Shown here: piece after piece, positions 50,572-63,983 of the stretch
Layout of the letters: each line of letters starts with the position of its first letter
Position numbering within the stretch: the first letter of the stretch is position 1
NCBI GenBank assembly: GCA_965262115.1
Contig: OZ253496.1
Coordinates: 1,312,001-1,376,000 of the forward strand
Reading direction: 5' to 3'
Length of the DNA: 64,000 nucleotides
Source of the DNA: Nitrospinales bacterium
GTDB lineage: Bacteria > Nitrospinota > Nitrospinia > Nitrospinales > VA-1
The notes under the pieces: model-generated
Told to the model about the DNA's origin: nothing
The model's database searches: none
The model's input: the letters and a program-made list of their open reading frames with translations, nothing else
Translations under genes and position numbers: made by a program

Positions 50572-52674
50572 TTAAACTGCTAATTTCTCTTTAGACCCGG
50601 TTGCCTTAGCCATCAACTCCTCGGCAATCGCGGCGGGAACACCATCATACTTGGCAAACTCCATTGAGTAATTCGCGCGCCCCTGAGTTGCCGACCGAAG
50701 ATCGGTGGAATACCCAAACATCCCAGAGAGAGGAACTTCCGCTCGAATCACCTTGGCACCGGCACGATCTGCAAGATCTTTGATCTTGCCGCGCTTGGCA
50801 TTCAGCTTGCCGATGACATCGCCCATAAATTCTTCAGGCGTAACGACCTCCACATCCATAACCGGTTCCAACAATTGGGGAGATCCTTTTTTACAAGCTT
50901 CCTGAAAAGCCATGGAAGCACAAATCTTAAATGCCATTTCCGAAGAATCAACATCATGAAACGATCCGTCCAGCAACGTCACCGAAACATCCACTGTGGG
51001 GTATCCGCACATAATGCCCCGGCTCATCGCCTCCAAAACACCCTTCTGAACAGCCGGAATAAACTCACGAGGAATCGCGCCGCCAACAATTTTATTGACG
51101 AACTCAAAACCCGATCCAGCCTCTCTCGGCTCGACCCTTATAACGACATGACCATACTGGCCACGACCCCCGGTTTGCTTGACATATTTATTTTCATGTT
51201 CGACGGCCTTGGTGATGGTTTCTTTATAGGCCACCTGAGGCTTGGACACATCCACATCAAGAGAGAACTCACGACGCATCCGATCAACCAGAATCTCAAG
51301 ATGCAACTCGCCCATTCCCGAAATTACAGTCTGATTGGTGTCCGGATCAACACGGACTTTAAACGTAGGATCTTCTTGAAGGAGTTTAACGAGACAGTCG
51401 GAGAGCTTGTCTTGCTCCGCCTTAGTTCTGGTCTCAATAGCAACAGAAATAACAGGTTCAGGAAACTGAATCGCTTCAAGAATAATTGGATGATCCTGAT
51501 CGCAAAGCGTGTCCCCAGTATAAGATTTCTTCAACCCAATCACCGCGGCAATATCGCCAGCCTGCACCGAAGCAACCTCTTCCCGCTTATTCGCGTGCAT
51601 CCTTAAGAGCCGACCCACACGCTCTCTTTTATTCTTTGTCGAATTATAGATATAAGAACCGCTGGTCAACTGGCCGGAATAAATACGCACAAATGCCAAC
51701 TGACCCACAAAGGGATCGGTCATGATTTTAAAAGCCAGAGCGGAAAGCGGATCTTTGGAATACAGCTTGCGGGTTTCTTCTTTCTGAGTATTGGGATTGC
51801 TACCAGTGATGGTTTTGAGTTCCTGCGGGGAAGGGAGGTAAAGGACAACGGCATCCAGAAGTTGTTGCACACCCTTATTCTTAAATGCGGCGCCACATAA
51901 AATCGGAGTGAACTCGGATTCCAGGGTTCCTTTTCTCAAGGCCGCGATAATTTCTTCCCGCGACACCTCTTCGCCACCGAGAAATTTTTCCATAATCGTG
52001 TCATCCACATCTGACACCGACTCGATCAGCTTTTCCCTGTACTCCTCTGCTTGATCCTGGTACTCCGCCGGGATATCCACCACATCAAAGGTTTCTCCTT
52101 TGTTCATGGTATCCGAGTACACATTGGCTTTCATGTCAACCAGGTCAATCACACCTAGAAAATCCGCCTCAGTCCCCAAAGGAAGCTGAATGGCAACAGG
52201 GTGAGCGCCCAACTTGTCCACCATCTGCTGGATACAACCCAGGAAATTTGCTCCCGCCCGATCCATCTTATTGACAAAACAAATTCTGGGAACACTGTAC
52301 TTACTGGCTTGACGCCAAACCGTTTCAGACTGAGGCTCCACACCGCTGACAGCATCAAACACGCCTACAGCTCCATCGAGAACCCGCAAAGACCTTTCCA
52401 CCTCAGCCGTAAAATCCACATGACCAGGCGTATCAATAATATTGATCTGATGGTCCTGCCAGAAACAAGTTGTCGCGGCCGATGTGATCGTGATTCCCCG
52501 CTCCTGCTCCTGCTCCATCCAGTCCATCGTGGCATTACCGTCATGCACCTCGCCAATCTTATGGCTCTTGCCCGTGTAATAGAGAATCCGCTCGGTGGTG
52601 GTGGTTTTACCGGCATCGATGTGAGCGATGATCCCTATATTCCGGGTTTTCTCAGGTTGTATTTTCTTACCCAT
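50572..52674 (-). CDS. fusA: Elongation factor G
   Basis: [17 protein letters not shown] and GMGELHLE motifs. Confidence 0.99.
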   Translation of the reverse strand: MGKKIQPEKTRNIGIIAHIDAGKTTTTERILYYTGKSHKIGEVHDGNATMDWMEQEQERGITITSAATTCFWQDHQINIIDTPGHVDFTAEVERSLRVLDGAVGVFDAVSGVEPQSETVWRQASKYSVPRICFVNKMDRAGANFLGCIQQMVDKLGAHPVAIQLPLGTEADFLGVIDLVDMKANVYSDTMNKGETFDVVDIPAEYQDQAEEYREKLIESVSDVDDTIMEKFLGGEEVSREEIIAALRKGTLESEFTPILCGAAFKNKGVQQLLDAVVLYLPSPQELKTITGSNPNTQKEETRKLYSKDPLSALAFKIMTDPFVGQLAFVRIYSGQLTSGSYIYNSTKNKRERVGRLLRMHANKREEVASVQAGDIAAVIGLKKSYTGDTLCDQDHPIILEAIQFPEPVISVAIETRTKAEQDKLSDCLVKLLQEDPTFKVRVDPDTNQTVISGMGELHLEILVDRMRREFSLDVDVSKPQVAYKETITKAVEHENKYVKQTGGRGQYGHVVIRVEPREAGSGFEFVNKIVGGAIPREFIPAVQKGVLEAMSRGIMCGYPTVDVSVTLLDGSFHDVDSSEMAFKICASMAFQEACKKGSPQLLEPVMDVEVVTPEEFMGDVIGKLNAKRGKIKDLADRAGAKVIRAEVPLSGMFGYSTDLRSATQGRANYSMEFAKYDGVPAAIAEELMAKATGSKEKLAV

Positions 52675-52694
52675 TAAAAAAAAATAATCTCCAA

Positions 52695-53165
52695 TTACCA
52701 GCGGTAATGAGCAAAGGCCTTATTCGCCTCCGCCATCCGGTGGACTTCTTCTTTTTTCTTAACCGCCCCGCCCGAATTTCCGAAAGCATCCAGAATCTCA
52801 CCGGTCAATTTTTCATCCATCGATCTGCCGGAGCGCGCCTTGGCATTCTGGATCATCCATCGAATACTGAGAGCCTGCCTGCGACTTTCCTTCACCTCGA
52901 CGGGCACCTGATAAGTGGCACCCCCGACCCTCCGGGACCGCACCTCCAATAAAGGCGCTGCATTCTCCACCGCCTTACGAAAAACCCGTAAAGGCTCCTC
53001 CTTACTCTTCTCAGCTACACTTTCCAGCGCCTGATAAAGAATGCTTTCAGCCTTCCCCTTTTCGCCTTTGCGCAAAATGCAATTGATGAAGCGGGCGACC
53101 AGGAGATCGTTAAACTTCGGATCAGGAATGATCTTTCTTTTCTGAGCTTCTCTTCTTCTTGCCAT
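52695..53165 (-). CDS. rpsG: 30S ribosomal protein S7
   Basis: [11 protein letters not shown]...[15 protein letters not shown]. Confidence 0.98.
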   Translation of the reverse strand: MARRREAQKRKIIPDPKFNDLLVARFINCILRKGEKGKAESILYQALESVAEKSKEEPLRVFRKAVENAAPLLEVRSRRVGGATYQVPVEVKESRRQALSIRWMIQNAKARSGRSMDEKLTGEILDAFGNSGGAVKKKEEVHRMAEANKAFAHYRW

Positions 53166-53180
53166 AATAGTTATCGATGA

Positions 53181-53555
53181 CTATTTCTTAGGTTTCTTCG
53201 TGCCATATTTGGATCGGCTCTGCATCCGACCTTCCACACCAAGCGTATCCAGACTCCCGCGGACTACATGATACCGAACCCCAGGCAAATCTTTAATTCG
53301 GCCTCCGCGAATCATGACGATGGAATGCTCTTGCAAATTGTGACCCACGCCGGGAATATAGGTGGTCACTTCCATTCCGTTTGTCAGCCTCACCCGGGCC
53401 ACTTTTCGGAGAGCCGAATTTGGCTTTTTGGGCGTAGATGTGTAAACCCGAACACAAACTCCCCGCTTCTGCGGGCACGCTTTTAAAGCAGGACTATCGC
53501 TTTTTCTAACCGGCGTTTTCCGACCGGTTTTTACTAGCTGATTGATCGTAGGCAA
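53181..53555 (-). CDS. rpsL: 30S ribosomal protein S12
   Basis: TTG start with GGAGGT site; PTINQLV...[11 protein letters not shown]...DLPGVRY. Confidence 0.98.
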   Translation of the reverse strand: MPTINQLVKTGRKTPVRKSDSPALKACPQKRGVCVRVYTSTPKKPNSALRKVARVRLTNGMEVTTYIPGVGHNLQEHSIVMIRGGRIKDLPGVRYHVVRGSLDTLGVEGRMQSRSKYGTKKPKK

Positions 53556-53677
53556 AAAACATACCTCCCAAAAAGGCAATCACGCAAAAGAGCTACCGAA
53601 TAAATCTGAAAATACCCAATGATGTCAATGAAAACAAAGGGTTATATCAGGTTAGATATAGGCGTGAAAAAGCTGTA

Positions 53678-53705
53678 ATTGTAGCATTGAAAATCACTTA
53701 GTCAA
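53678..53705 (-). promoter_or_regulatory. Sigma70-type promoter for the str operon
   Basis: Minus strand reads TTGACT-16 nt-TACAAT with an extended -10 TG. Confidence 0.6.
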
Positions 53706-53732
53706 GCGAAAAATAAGGGCTTTTCCTGTTTT

Positions 53733-56700
53733 TTATTCCGCCGCGACCGGGGCCTGATCTTCCGTCTTTTCAGCCCCTTCAATTTCAGGTTCTTCAATGC
53801 GAATTCCGCTATATGCCCGACATCCTGTACCTGCCGGGATCAATCTTCCCATAGTCACATTTTCTTTTAAACCGACCAGATTATCCCGCTTGCCGCCCAC
53901 GCTCACCTCTGTGAGGACACGAGTGGTTTCCTGGAAAGATGCCGCCGAAATAAAGCTTTCCGTGCTGAGCGACGATTTAGTAATTCCCAGAAGCACTGCG
54001 GCACCTTCTGCCGGTTTTTTCTTATTCTTGATGGCTTCCTGATTGGCCAGGTTAAAGACTTTCTTCGTCACCTGTTCTCCAACCAGAAATTCTGTATCGC
54101 CTGAATCTTCGATGACTAAATGCCTGAGCATTTGCCGGACGATAACTTCAATATGTTTATCATTAATCTGCACGCCCTGGAGACGGTAAACCTCTTGCAC
54201 TTCGTTCACCAGATATTTCTGCAATTCGTCTTCTCCCAATACCCGTAAAATATCATGCGGGTTGGAAGCGCCATCCATCAGCGGTTCGCCGGCAACCACC
54301 TGATCACCTTCGTGGACGTTGATATGTTTGCCGCGCGGAATCAGGTATTCGCATTCATCGCCGGATTCACTCACAATGATGACCTTACGCATGCCCTTAA
54401 CGAATCCGCCAAGCTTCACCGTACCGGAAATTTCAGTGATCGTCGCCTGCTCATGCGGTTTGCGAGCTTCAAAAAGCTCGGCCACACGCGGTAAACCACC
54501 GGTGATGTCTTTGGTTTTCGCCGATTCGCGGGGAATCTTTACGATCAAGTCTCCAGCACTCACCACATCGCCTTCGCTGACATTGATGTTGGCGCCGGCA
54601 GGCAGGATATAGCGACGCACCGTGCCACCCTTCTCATCCTTAAGCGAAATCCGCGGTTGTTTTTTCTCATCACGATGACTGATGATAACTTTGGTGGAGA
54701 GACCGGTAATTTCATCGAAGTCTTCTTTCATGGTCACGCCTTCGATAATATCGCCGAAAGCAATAGTTCCGGAAACTTCTGTCAGGATAGCGTTAGTATA
54801 AGGATCCCATTCGACCAAAGTCTGACCTTCCTGCACTTCCTGCCCGTCACTAACTTTAAGCTTGGCTCCATACACAACCGAGAACTTCTCTTTTTCACGG
54901 CCGGTTTCATCCTGAATCACAAGACTTCCGTTGCGATTCATAACAATGATTTCTGCGTTACGGTTTTTGAGGGTGCGAAGACCCATATACTTGACGAGTC
55001 CTCCCCGCTTGGTGTTCAAAGTCGTTTGCTCAACCACCCGGCTGGCCGTTCCGCCAATATGGAAAGTTCGCATGGTAAGCTGTGTTCCTGGCTCACCAAT
55101 AGACTGCGCCGCAATGACACCTACCGGCTCGCCCACTTCCACCCATTGCAGGGTAGCCATATTGCGCCCGTAACACTTGATACAAACCCCTTGCCTGGAT
55201 TCACAGGTCAGGCAAGATCGCATTTTAATTTTTTCGATACCGGCATTTTCAATATCCAGCACGGTTTCCTCGACAATCAGACTGTCTGCCTTGGCCAGCA
55301 CATCCCCGGTAAAAGGATCGACCACGTCTTCAAGAACCGTCCGCCCTAAAATTCTTTCTCCCAAAGGCTGGATGATTTCACCGGCTTCCACCAGAGATAT
55401 CGCATCAATGCCCTTCAAGGTTCCGCAGTCTTCTTCCTGAACAATCATATCCTGCGCCACATCCACCAGTCGGCGGGTGAGGTAACCCGAGTTTGCCGTT
55501 TTAAGCGCGGTATCCGCCAGGCCCTTGCGGGCTCCATGCGTAGAAATGAAATACTGAATAACCGAAAGACCTTCGCGGAAGTTAGCGGTGATCGGCGTTT
55601 CGATGATTTCTCCCGAAGGTTTGGCCATCAAGCCGCGCATTCCGGCCAATTGCCGCAACTGTTGCGCACTTCCCCGGGCTCCCGAGTCCGCCATGATAAA
55701 AACCGAGTTAAAATCCTTGTTGTTTTTTCCAATAACGGTGGCCTCGTCTTCTGTTTCCAGTTCCTTAAACATTTCTTCGGATACTTTTTCCGTGACGTGC
55801 GCCCAGATATCAATAACCTTGTTATACCTTTCACCATTGGTGATGAGCCCATCCCGGTATTGCTTGTGGACCCTGAGAACCTCATCATTGGTTTTATCCA
55901 CCAACTGAGTTTTGGTTTTGGGAATGCGCATCTGGTCAATAGAAATACTGAGACCCGCCTCGGTGGCGTATTTGAATCCCAACTCCTTGACTTCATCCAA
56001 CAGGGTTACAGTTTTTTCCCGCCCTACCATAAGGAAAGACTTGGAGAAAAGATCAGACAAAGATTTTTTATCCATCAGTCGGTTCGCCAGTTCGAACGGC
56101 AACCCTTCTGGAAGCACTCCACCGAGAAGCACCCGTCCCGTTGTGGTCTGGGTCAACACCCCTTCAATGCGAACCATAATTTGAGCCTGCAAATCAAGTT
56201 CATCCGCATTGTAAGCCGCCACCACTTCTTTCTGACCCGAGAAAACCTTGCCTGCCCCTTTCACATTACCGCGAATCTTGGTCATGTAATAGCAACCCAA
56301 AACAATGTCCTGGGTGGGAACAGCAATGGGTTTCCCGTTTGAAGGAGACAAAATATTATTGGAAGACATCATCAACAACTTACATTCGGTTCTCGCTTCC
56401 ATGGAAAGCGGGACATGAACCGCCATCTGGTCGCCATCAAAGTCAGCATTGAAAGCAGTACACACCATCGGATGCACCTGAATGGCCTTGCCTTCAATCA
56501 GCAAAGGCTCAAACGCCTGAATACCTAATCGATGCAGTGTTGGCGCCCTGTTGAGCAGAATTGGATGGCCTTTCACCACCTCTTCCAACACCTCCCAGAC
56601 TTCGGAGCGTTCCTGTTCGACCATTTTTTTCGCGGTCTTGATCGTTGCCGCATAACCTTTTTCTTCCAGTCGGTTGAACACAAACGGCTTGAACAACTCG

Positions 56701-57818
56701 AGCGCCATTTTCTTTGGCAATCCACACTGGTGGAATTTCAAATGAGGCCCGACAACGATAACGGAACGGCCGGAATAATCCACCCGCTTGCCCAACAGGT
56801 TTTGCCGGAACCGACCCTGCTTACCTTTGAGCATGTCGCTCAAAGATTTCAAGGGACGCTTGTTGGTTCCGCGCAAGGTACGGCCTCTACGGCCGTTGTC
56901 GAACAGGGCCGAAACGGCTTCCTGCAACATTCTCTTTTCATTTCGGATGATGATCTGCGGTGCCTTCAATTCCTGCAGGCGTTTCAACCGGTTATTCCGG
57001 TTGATCACGCGCCGGTAAAGATCGTTCAGGTCAGAGGTGGCAAACCGTCCGCCATCCAGAGGAACCAGGGGGCGCAATTCAGGCGGAATCACGGGGACAA
57101 CTTGAAGGATCATCCATTCCGGCTTGTTGCCTGACTTACGAAACGCCTCAACAATCTTCAGTCGCTTGGCGACTTTTATTCGGTTCATCACCGACTTGGT
57201 GGTGACCATCTCCTCTTTCAGGTCCACTGAAAGGGTATCCAGATTCATCGGCTTGAGAAGTTCCGCAACTCCTTCAGCACCAATCATGGCTCGGAACGTA
57301 TCGGGGAACTCCATCTCCATTTCCCGATACTCTTCTTCGGTCAAAATCTGCCCGACTTCCATCTCCGAGTCACCGGGATCGGTCACCACATAATTTTCAA
57401 AATAAATAATACGTTCAAGATCTTTCAGGGGAATATCCAGCAAATGCCCGAGACGACTGGGCAAGCCCTTGAAATACCAGATATGGGCAACCGGGCTGGC
57501 CAGTTCAATATGTCCCAGACGTTCCCGGCGCACCTTCGAGAGAATGACTTCAACGCCACACTTCTCGCAAATGACACCCTTATGCTTCATCCTTTTATAT
57601 TTGCCGCAGGTGCACTCCCAGTCTTTGGCGGGCCCAAAAATCTTGGCACAGAACAGTCCGTCTCTTTCCGGCTTGAAAGTCCGGTAATTAATCGTTTCCG
57701 GTTTCTTAACCTCTCCATAAGACCAGGAACGGATTTTCTCCGGGGACGCAATCCGCACGCGGAGGGCATCAAACATAATGGGGTTTTTTGGTTTATCAAA
57801 ATATGTCAGGCTATCCAC
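53733..57818 (-). CDS. rpoC: RNA polymerase beta' subunit
   Basis: [12 protein letters not shown] catalytic motif and N-terminal zinc finger; probable GTG start at 57818 after AAGGAG. Confidence 0.99.
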   Translation of the reverse strand: MDSLTYFDKPKNPIMFDALRVRIASPEKIRSWSYGEVKKPETINYRTFKPERDGLFCAKIFGPAKDWECTCGKYKRMKHKGVICEKCGVEVILSKVRRERLGHIELASPVAHIWYFKGLPSRLGHLLDIPLKDLERIIYFENYVVTDPGDSEMEVGQILTEEEYREMEMEFPDTFRAMIGAEGVAELLKPMNLDTLSVDLKEEMVTTKSVMNRIKVAKRLKIVEAFRKSGNKPEWMILQVVPVIPPELRPLVPLDGGRFATSDLNDLYRRVINRNNRLKRLQELKAPQIIIRNEKRMLQEAVSALFDNGRRGRTLRGTNKRPLKSLSDMLKGKQGRFRQNLLGKRVDYSGRSVIVVGPHLKFHQCGLPKKMALELFKPFVFNRLEEKGYAATIKTAKKMVEQERSEVWEVLEEVVKGHPILLNRAPTLHRLGIQAFEPLLIEGKAIQVHPMVCTAFNADFDGDQMAVHVPLSMEARTECKLLMMSSNNILSPSNGKPIAVPTQDIVLGCYYMTKIRGNVKGAGKVFSGQKEVVAAYNADELDLQAQIMVRIEGVLTQTTTGRVLLGGVLPEGLPFELANRLMDKKSLSDLFSKSFLMVGREKTVTLLDEVKELGFKYATEAGLSISIDQMRIPKTKTQLVDKTNDEVLRVHKQYRDGLITNGERYNKVIDIWAHVTEKVSEEMFKELETEDEATVIGKNNKDFNSVFIMADSGARGSAQQLRQLAGMRGLMAKPSGEIIETPITANFREGLSVIQYFISTHGARKGLADTALKTANSGYLTRRLVDVAQDMIVQEEDCGTLKGIDAISLVEAGEIIQPLGERILGRTVLEDVVDPFTGDVLAKADSLIVEETVLDIENAGIEKIKMRSCLTCESRQGVCIKCYGRNMATLQWVEVGEPVGVIAAQSIGEPGTQLTMRTFHIGGTASRVVEQTTLNTKRGGLVKYMGLRTLKNRNAEIIVMNRNGSLVIQDETGREKEKFSVVYGAKLKVSDGQEVQEGQTLVEWDPYTNAILTEVSGTIAFGDIIEGVTMKEDFDEITGLSTKVIISHRDEKKQPRISLKDEKGGTVRRYILPAGANINVSEGDVVSAGDLIVKIPRESAKTKDITGGLPRVAELFEARKPHEQATITEISGTVKLGGFVKGMRKVIIVSESGDECEYLIPRGKHINVHEGDQVVAGEPLMDGASNPHDILRVLGEDELQKYLVNEVQEVYRLQGVQINDKHIEVIVRQMLRHLVIEDSGDTEFLVGEQVTKKVFNLANQEAIKNKKKPAEGAAVLLGITKSSLSTESFISAASFQETTRVLTEVSVGGKRDNLVGLKENVTMGRLIPAGTGCRAYSGIRIEEPEIEGAEKTEDQAPVAAE

Positions 57819-57926
57819 CAGGGACTTCTCCTTTTTAAGGTTTTCGCAAACCGCTAAAAATTTCTCTATATGATCCACACCACCGGGGAATCAACATCCG
57901 GCGGCTTTAATAACTATGTGAGGAAC

Positions 57927-60900
57927 CTACTTTTCCGACTCGATCAATTCAACATCAATGGCCAAGCTCTGCAACTCTTTAACCAGAACGTTGAACGATT
58001 CAGGCAGGCTGGGATTCAAATGGGTGTCTCCTTTGACAATCGCTTCATACATGCGCTTGCGACCTTCAACATCATCAGATTTTACCGTGAGCATTTCCTG
58101 CAGAGTATAAGCCGCACCATAAGCTTCCAGTGCCCAGACTTCCATCTCCCCGAGCCTCTGCCCACCAAACTGAGCCTTACCCCCAAGAGGCTGCTGAGTC
58201 ACCAGGGAATACGGACCGGTGGACCGCGCATGGATCTTGTCGTCGACCAGATGATGCAGTTTGAGCATATAGAGGTAACCCACCATCACCTTTTGGCGGA
58301 AATACTTTCCGGTCCTGCCATCATAAAGAGAAATCTCTCCTGATTCAGAACATTTGCCCTCGACCAGCAGTTGCCGGACTTCTTTTTCGTGGGCACCATC
58401 GAACACCGGTGTAGCCATGTGCTCACCTATGGCCTTAGCAGCCATACCTAAATTGGTTTCCAGAATCTGACCAACATTCATTCGCGAAGGCACACCCAGG
58501 GGATTGAGGATCAACTCTATCGGCTGACCACTTTCCATATAGGGCATATCTTCTTCCGGGACAATGGTCGAAACCACGCCCTTATTGCCGTGGCGTCCTG
58601 CCATTTTATCCCCCACCTGCAATTTGCGTTTCATGGCCATAAATACTTTGACCAACTTGATCACACCCGGAGCCAGGTCATCGCCTTTTTTCATACGCGA
58701 AACTTTTTCCTCCAGCATGGACTTCAAAATCTGGACCTGATCCCTGGAAGTGCTCTCCATTTCCAGAAGTACTTTGCCATCAACCCCTTTGGCCGGGACT
58801 TTGGCGAGATCCTTAATGCTCATTTTGGCGATCAACGTTTCATCAATTTCCTGCCCCTTCTTAAAAGTGACCCGCCCTACTGTTGTGGACTTTGTTGCTA
58901 CCTGGCCCAAAAGAAGGGAACGCATACTTTTCTCGGTTTCACTTTTTACGATCTTTATTTCATCGCCATAGTCCTTTTCAATGCGCGCTATTTCTTCCTC
59001 TTCTATAGCAAGGGTTCGCGAGTCTTTATCGATCCCCTTACGGGAAAAGACCTTGACGTCGATCACCTTTCCATAGATTCCGGGAGGAACCTTGAGGGAA
59101 GTATCGCGCACATCTCCGGCCTTTTCGCCAAAGATCGCTTTGAGAAGTTTTTCTTCCGGACTCAGCTGGGTCTCACCCTTGGGGGTGATTTTACCAACCA
59201 TAATGTCATTAGGCTTTACGCTGGCACCAATGCGGATGATTCCGCTTTCATCCAGATTTTTCAGAGCGTCTTCGCCCACATTGGAGATATCTCGGGTGAT
59301 TTCCTCTTTACCCTGCTTGGTGTCACGGGCCTCAACCTCAAACTCTTCAATATGAATAGAGGTGTACACATCTTCTTTAACCAGCTTTTCACTGACGATG
59401 ATGGCATCTTCAAAGTTGTACCCGGCCCAAGGCATGAACGCCACCAGGATATTTCTGCCCAAAGCCAGCTCACCATGATCGGTAGAAGGCCCATCCGCAA
59501 GCACGTCACCACGCTTGATCTTGTCCCCTGAATACACGCGGGGACGCTGGTTGATGCAGGTGTTCTGGTTCGACCGTTGATATTTGTTCAGCGTATAAAT
59601 ATCCACATTAGAAGCCAGTTGACTACGCTTGGTCTTGATCCTGCCTTCGGACTTCTTTTCGGTGCGCACAACAATGCGGGTCGCATCGGCACTGATGACC
59701 GTGCCATTATTTTCAGCGATCACCACTGCTCCGGAATCATGAGCCACAATCGCTTCCATACCGGTTCCCACCAGAGGCGCTTCGGCCCGTAAAAGGGGCA
59801 CCGCCTGCCTCTGCATGTTTGAACCCATAAGAGCCCTGTTGGCGTCATCGTTTTCAAGGAAAGGGATTAAAGATGCCGCCACACTGATCAACTGCTTGGG
59901 GGACACATCCATATAATCTATTTTTTCACTGGGAGATAAGATAAAATCGCCGCCCTTTCTGGCCGGCACGATAGGCTGGACGAATTTCATTTTTGCATCC
60001 AACTCTACGTTGGCTTGAGCGATAATAAATTTATCCTCAATCAAGGCGGTGTGGAAATCCACATCGTCTTTCGCAACCGAATTTTCCACCTTACGGTAGG
60101 GCGTTTCAATAAAACCATAATCATTCACCCTGGCATAGGTGCTCAAGGAAGCGATCAGCCCAATATTCGGGCCTTCCGGGGTTTCAATGGGACATATACG
60201 TCCATAATGCGTTGGATGCACATCCCGCACCTCGAATCCCGCCCGCTCCCGGGTCAAACCGCCGGGTCCCAAAGCACTCAACCGCCTCTTGTGCGTCACC
60301 TCGGACAAGGGATTGGTCTGGTCCATAAACTGGGACAGCTGACTGCTGCCAAAAAATTCTTTAATTGCGGCAGTCACAGGTTTGGAGTTGATCAGGTCAT
60401 GCGGCATGGAAACATCCAGATCCTGGATAGACATGCGCTCAATGATAGCCCGCTCCATTCGCACCATTCCCACGCGGAACTGATTTTCCAGCGATTCTCC
60501 CATAGCGCGAACCCTGCGGTTGCCGAGATGGTCGATATCGTCGATAACACCAATGCTATTTCTGAGATCGACAATGTATTTCACCACAGCGACTAAATCT
60601 TCCAAGGTCAATAACCGGTTTTCCAGAGAAATGTCCAACCCGAACTTCTGGTTCATCTTGATCCTGCCAACAACGGATAAATTATATCGCTTGGGGTTGA
60701 AGAACAAATTGCCGAACAACGACCTTGCAATTTCAGGTGTCGGAGGATCTCCCGGACGAAGCCTCTTGTAAACTTCACGAATAGCATCATCCTGAGTCTG
60801 GGTCTTGGCCGCAACCATGGTGTCGCGAATCACAGTGTCAGAAGATTCTTCATCGATATGAAGAATTTGAATTTCACTGAGCTTATTCTTTTTTATAACC

Positions 60901-62144
60901 TCAAAAATGCCTTCGGTGATTTCCTGATTTGACTCGACCTCTATCTCGCCGGTCTCGGGGTCAATGATTTCGTCATAAAGGTACCGGCCAATCAAACTTT
61001 CAGGGTCAATCTCAACCTTCACCGACCGAGACATTTTGCCCAGCTTCTTTGCAACGGCTACCGTAACTTTCTTGCCCGACTTGAGCAAAACATCATCGGT
61101 TTTGGAATCGATCACATCCTCTTTAACCTTGAACCCAATCAACAGGTTCTTGCTGCTCATGAAACATCGAGAATCCTTACCACTGATACTAACTTTCTCG
61201 ATCGCATAATAGGTTTTCAGAATGGTCTTGTTGTCCATGCCGAAGGCTTGAAGCAGGATGGTCGCGGGCAATTTGCGCCGGCGGTCAATTTTGACGTGCA
61301 GAATGTCTTTAATGTCAAACTCGAAGTCCACCCATGAACCCCGGTCAGGAATGATCCTCGCCGAGAAAAGAATCTTGCCGCTGGCGTGGGATTTGCCTTT
61401 ATCGTGTGAGAAAAACGCACCCGGGGAACGGTGCATCTGGCTGACGATGACCCGCTCGACTCCGTTTATCATAAACGTTCCGGTCGGACCCATCATCGGC
61501 ATTTCACCGAGGAATATTTTCTGCTCCTTGACTTCCCTGACAGAGTTAACGGTGACTTGGGAAACCTTTTCGGTCGTCAAACGTTTCAGAATATCATCGG
61601 TGACTGGCGTTTTTGCGGAAATCAGAGTTTTCGTGGTCTGCGGACGCTTGACCTCTTCGACAATAATTTTATCCCGCAAGTACTTTAAGTTACGGGCGTT
61701 GACATCCACCGCTTCCCGATCGAAAAGAACCAGGCGGACCATTATTTTTATCGGATCAGAATAGGTGAGGCCTTTCTGCCTGCACTCGCTGAGCTTGTGC
61801 TTTTCTTTATAGGTGACTTCCTGCTTACAGGTGGAACACACCACAGCCAGGCCGCCGAGTTCCTTGAACTCGCCGCAACCGCACTCCCAGATGCCGACTT
61901 CAAAGCCGACATACTCGATGCGAGCATTGATATTAAGGTCAGAAATTGGAAAGACATCACTAAAGACCTCTTCCAATCCTCTCAACCCGCGTTCGCCGGG
62001 GGCGACATCCCATTGCAGGAAATATTCGAATGATTTTTTCTGGATCTCGATCAGATTGGGAATACCTATGACCGTAGGAATCCGGGCGAAGTTTTTTCTT
62101 TTTCTGAAATTGCCTAGCACTCTCTGGGAACGGTTCTTCGACAT
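57927..62144 (-). CDS. rpoB: RNA polymerase beta subunit with lineage-specific inserts
   Basis: [25 protein letters not shown] and [18 protein letters not shown] motifs. Confidence 0.99.
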   Translation of the reverse strand: MSKNRSQRVLGNFRKRKNFARIPTVIGIPNLIEIQKKSFEYFLQWDVAPGERGLRGLEEVFSDVFPISDLNINARIEYVGFEVGIWECGCGEFKELGGLAVVCSTCKQEVTYKEKHKLSECRQKGLTYSDPIKIMVRLVLFDREAVDVNARNLKYLRDKIIVEEVKRPQTTKTLISAKTPVTDDILKRLTTEKVSQVTVNSVREVKEQKIFLGEMPMMGPTGTFMINGVERVIVSQMHRSPGAFFSHDKGKSHASGKILFSARIIPDRGSWVDFEFDIKDILHVKIDRRRKLPATILLQAFGMDNKTILKTYYAIEKVSISGKDSRCFMSSKNLLIGFKVKEDVIDSKTDDVLLKSGKKVTVAVAKKLGKMSRSVKVEIDPESLIGRYLYDEIIDPETGEIEVESNQEITEGIFEVIKKNKLSEIQILHIDEESSDTVIRDTMVAAKTQTQDDAIREVYKRLRPGDPPTPEIARSLFGNLFFNPKRYNLSVVGRIKMNQKFGLDISLENRLLTLEDLVAVVKYIVDLRNSIGVIDDIDHLGNRRVRAMGESLENQFRVGMVRMERAIIERMSIQDLDVSMPHDLINSKPVTAAIKEFFGSSQLSQFMDQTNPLSEVTHKRRLSALGPGGLTRERAGFEVRDVHPTHYGRICPIETPEGPNIGLIASLSTYARVNDYGFIETPYRKVENSVAKDDVDFHTALIEDKFIIAQANVELDAKMKFVQPIVPARKGGDFILSPSEKIDYMDVSPKQLISVAASLIPFLENDDANRALMGSNMQRQAVPLLRAEAPLVGTGMEAIVAHDSGAVVIAENNGTVISADATRIVVRTEKKSEGRIKTKRSQLASNVDIYTLNKYQRSNQNTCINQRPRVYSGDKIKRGDVLADGPSTDHGELALGRNILVAFMPWAGYNFEDAIIVSEKLVKEDVYTSIHIEEFEVEARDTKQGKEEITRDISNVGEDALKNLDESGIIRIGASVKPNDIMVGKITPKGETQLSPEEKLLKAIFGEKAGDVRDTSLKVPPGIYGKVIDVKVFSRKGIDKDSRTLAIEEEEIARIEKDYGDEIKIVKSETEKSMRSLLLGQVATKSTTVGRVTFKKGQEIDETLIAKMSIKDLAKVPAKGVDGKVLLEMESTSRDQVQILKSMLEEKVSRMKKGDDLAPGVIKLVKVFMAMKRKLQVGDKMAGRHGNKGVVSTIVPEEDMPYMESGQPIELILNPLGVPSRMNVGQILETNLGMAAKAIGEHMATPVFDGAHEKEVRQLLVEGKCSESGEISLYDGRTGKYFRQKVMVGYLYMLKLHHLVDDKIHARSTGPYSLVTQQPLGGKAQFGGQRLGEMEVWALEAYGAAYTLQEMLTVKSDDVEGRKRMYEAIVKGDTHLNPSLPESFNVLVKELQSLAIDVELIESEK

Positions 62145-62225
62145 AAGGTTACATCCTTCTAAAAGAAAGATTAACGGAAAATTTACCTGTTAAGGCGTGG
62201 GTAAAGTTACTATCCCGGATTTCCG

Positions 62226-62603
62226 TTACTTAACCTCCACCGTTCCACCCGCCGCTTCAACTTTCGTTTTAATTTCTTCGGCTTCTTCTTTCTTCACGCC
62301 TTCTTTGATCGCCTTGGGAGCACCTTCTACCAAATCCTTAGCATCTTTCAAACCCAAGCCTGTAATGGTCCGGACTTCCTTGATAACCTGGATTTTCTTA
62401 TCGCCTATTACAGTAAGAATCACGTCAAACTCTGTCTTCTCTTCAGCGGCAGCTTCTCCGCCTCCCGCAGGTGCTGCAACCGCGACCGCAGGTGCCGCCG
62501 CAGTCACACCATACTTATCTTCTAATTCTTTTACGAACTCAGACATTTCCAAAACAGTCATAGTATCTATGAAGGAAACTACCTCCTCCTTTGTGACGGC
62601 CAT
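62226..62603 (-). CDS. rplL: 50S ribosomal protein L7/L12
   Basis: EEKTEFDV...[16 protein letters not shown]. Confidence 0.98.
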   Translation of the reverse strand: MAVTKEEVVSFIDTMTVLEMSEFVKELEDKYGVTAAAPAVAVAAPAGGGEAAAEEKTEFDVILTVIGDKKIQVIKEVRTITGLGLKDAKDLVEGAPKAIKEGVKKEEAEEIKTKVEAAGGTVEVK

Positions 62604-62686
62604 TACGCCCTCCTTTCGATAATTGTGGTATCTAAAACCTGGTTTAATTTAAAAAAATATCTTACAACGGCCCCCTACAGGCCGGT

Positions 62687-63214
62687 TTATTCGGATGCCT
62701 TTTTCTCGCGAACCGCGTCCAGCGTTCCCACCAACTTTCTCAGCAGGCTACTGAAAACACCGACAAAATTTGTCGCAGGCCCATTGAAAACCGCCAGCAT
62801 TTGGGAAATAAGAACTTCCCTGGAAGGCAGGTCCGCAAGAGCTTTAACTTCTGCAGGAGAAATCTTCTTCCCCTCAATCACACCGCAAATCACTTTAGGG
62901 CTCTTCTCAACTCCGGACTTCGCGTACTCCGCCAGAACCTTGGCAGGAGCCACCGCATCCTCAAAGCTGACCACCAGAGAAACCGGGCCCTTAAACTCCT
63001 CATCCAGCAACTCAAAAGGGGTGTTTTTCGCGGCCTGCCGGGCCAGGGTATTTTTAATCACACGAAAGTCCACAGACTTGGACCGCATATGACTGCGTAA
63101 CTGGGTCAACTGAGGCGCTTCGATTCCCTGATAGTCCGCAAGAACGGCCGACTTGGCCTTTAGAAACAGCCCGTTTAATTCTTCAACCTTCTTTATCTTT
63201 TCTGCGTTTGGCAC
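62687..63214 (-). CDS. rplJ: 50S ribosomal protein L10
   Basis: DYQG, VIKNTLAR and LADLPSRE motifs; probable GTG start at 63214. Confidence 0.96.
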   Translation of the reverse strand: MPNAEKIKKVEELNGLFLKAKSAVLADYQGIEAPQLTQLRSHMRSKSVDFRVIKNTLARQAAKNTPFELLDEEFKGPVSLVVSFEDAVAPAKVLAEYAKSGVEKSPKVICGVIEGKKISPAEVKALADLPSREVLISQMLAVFNGPATNFVGVFSSLLRKLVGTLDAVREKKASE

Positions 63215-63269
63215 GTCAGCCACCCCTCTCATTCCGTCTTCCGCCCCAAAGGAACGAAAAACTTATCCA

Positions 63270-63959
63270 TCAATTGGGCGTATAAGCCACTCTAACTCCA
63301 ACACCCATAGTCGTTGACACTGAAACACCCTTGACATAATGCCCCTTGCTTGAGGCCGGCTTGGCCTTCACAAGAGCTGTCATCAGGGTATGAAAATTTT
63401 CCTCCAAAGCTTCCACCGAAAAACTGGCTTTACCTAAAGAGGCGTGGACGATACCACTCTTATCAACCCGGTAGTCCACCTTGCCGGCTTGAATAGACTC
63501 AATGGCCTGCTTGACATCAAAAGTCACCGTGCCCGTTTTGGGATTAGGCATCAACCCCCGAGGACCCAGGATTTTTCCCAGCTTGCCTACTTGACCCATC
63601 ATATCGGGCGTGGCCACCACACGGTCAAACTCCATCCACCCGCCCTGGATCTTCGCGACCAGATCATCACTGCCAACCACTTCGGCGCCGGCATCTTTGG
63701 CCTCTTTTTCTTTTTCACCTTTCGCGAATACCAGCACACGAAATTTCTTTCCGGTCCCCTTGGGCAACACAACACTACCGCGGATATTTTGATCGGTTTT
63801 CCTGGGATCAACTCTCAGCCGAACAGCCACATCCAATGACTCATCAAATTTTTCGCATTTAACAGCAACCGCCAACCCCAAGGCTTCCTTCAATTCATAC
63901 CGGGTATCAGGGTCAACTTTTTCTGCGCCGGCCCTGTGCCTTTTTCCATGCTTTGCCAT
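63270..63959 (-). CDS. rplA: 50S ribosomal protein L1
   Basis: [21 protein letters not shown] and STTMG motifs. Confidence 0.98.
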   Translation of the reverse strand: MAKHGKRHRAGAEKVDPDTRYELKEALGLAVAVKCEKFDESLDVAVRLRVDPRKTDQNIRGSVVLPKGTGKKFRVLVFAKGEKEKEAKDAGAEVVGSDDLVAKIQGGWMEFDRVVATPDMMGQVGKLGKILGPRGLMPNPKTGTVTFDVKQAIESIQAGKVDYRVDKSGIVHASLGKASFSVEALEENFHTLMTALVKAKPASSKGHYVKGVSVSTTMGVGVRVAYTPN

Positions 63960-63983
63960 AATTTTATTCCTGCCTACTTGCGG

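Noticed and set aside
34830..63839. Long plus-strand ORFs opposite the ribosomal and RNA polymerase genes (e.g. 39352-40131, 45392-46300, 49569-50564, 58590-59531)
   Set aside because: They are antisense shadows of highly conserved genes with no recognisable motifs.
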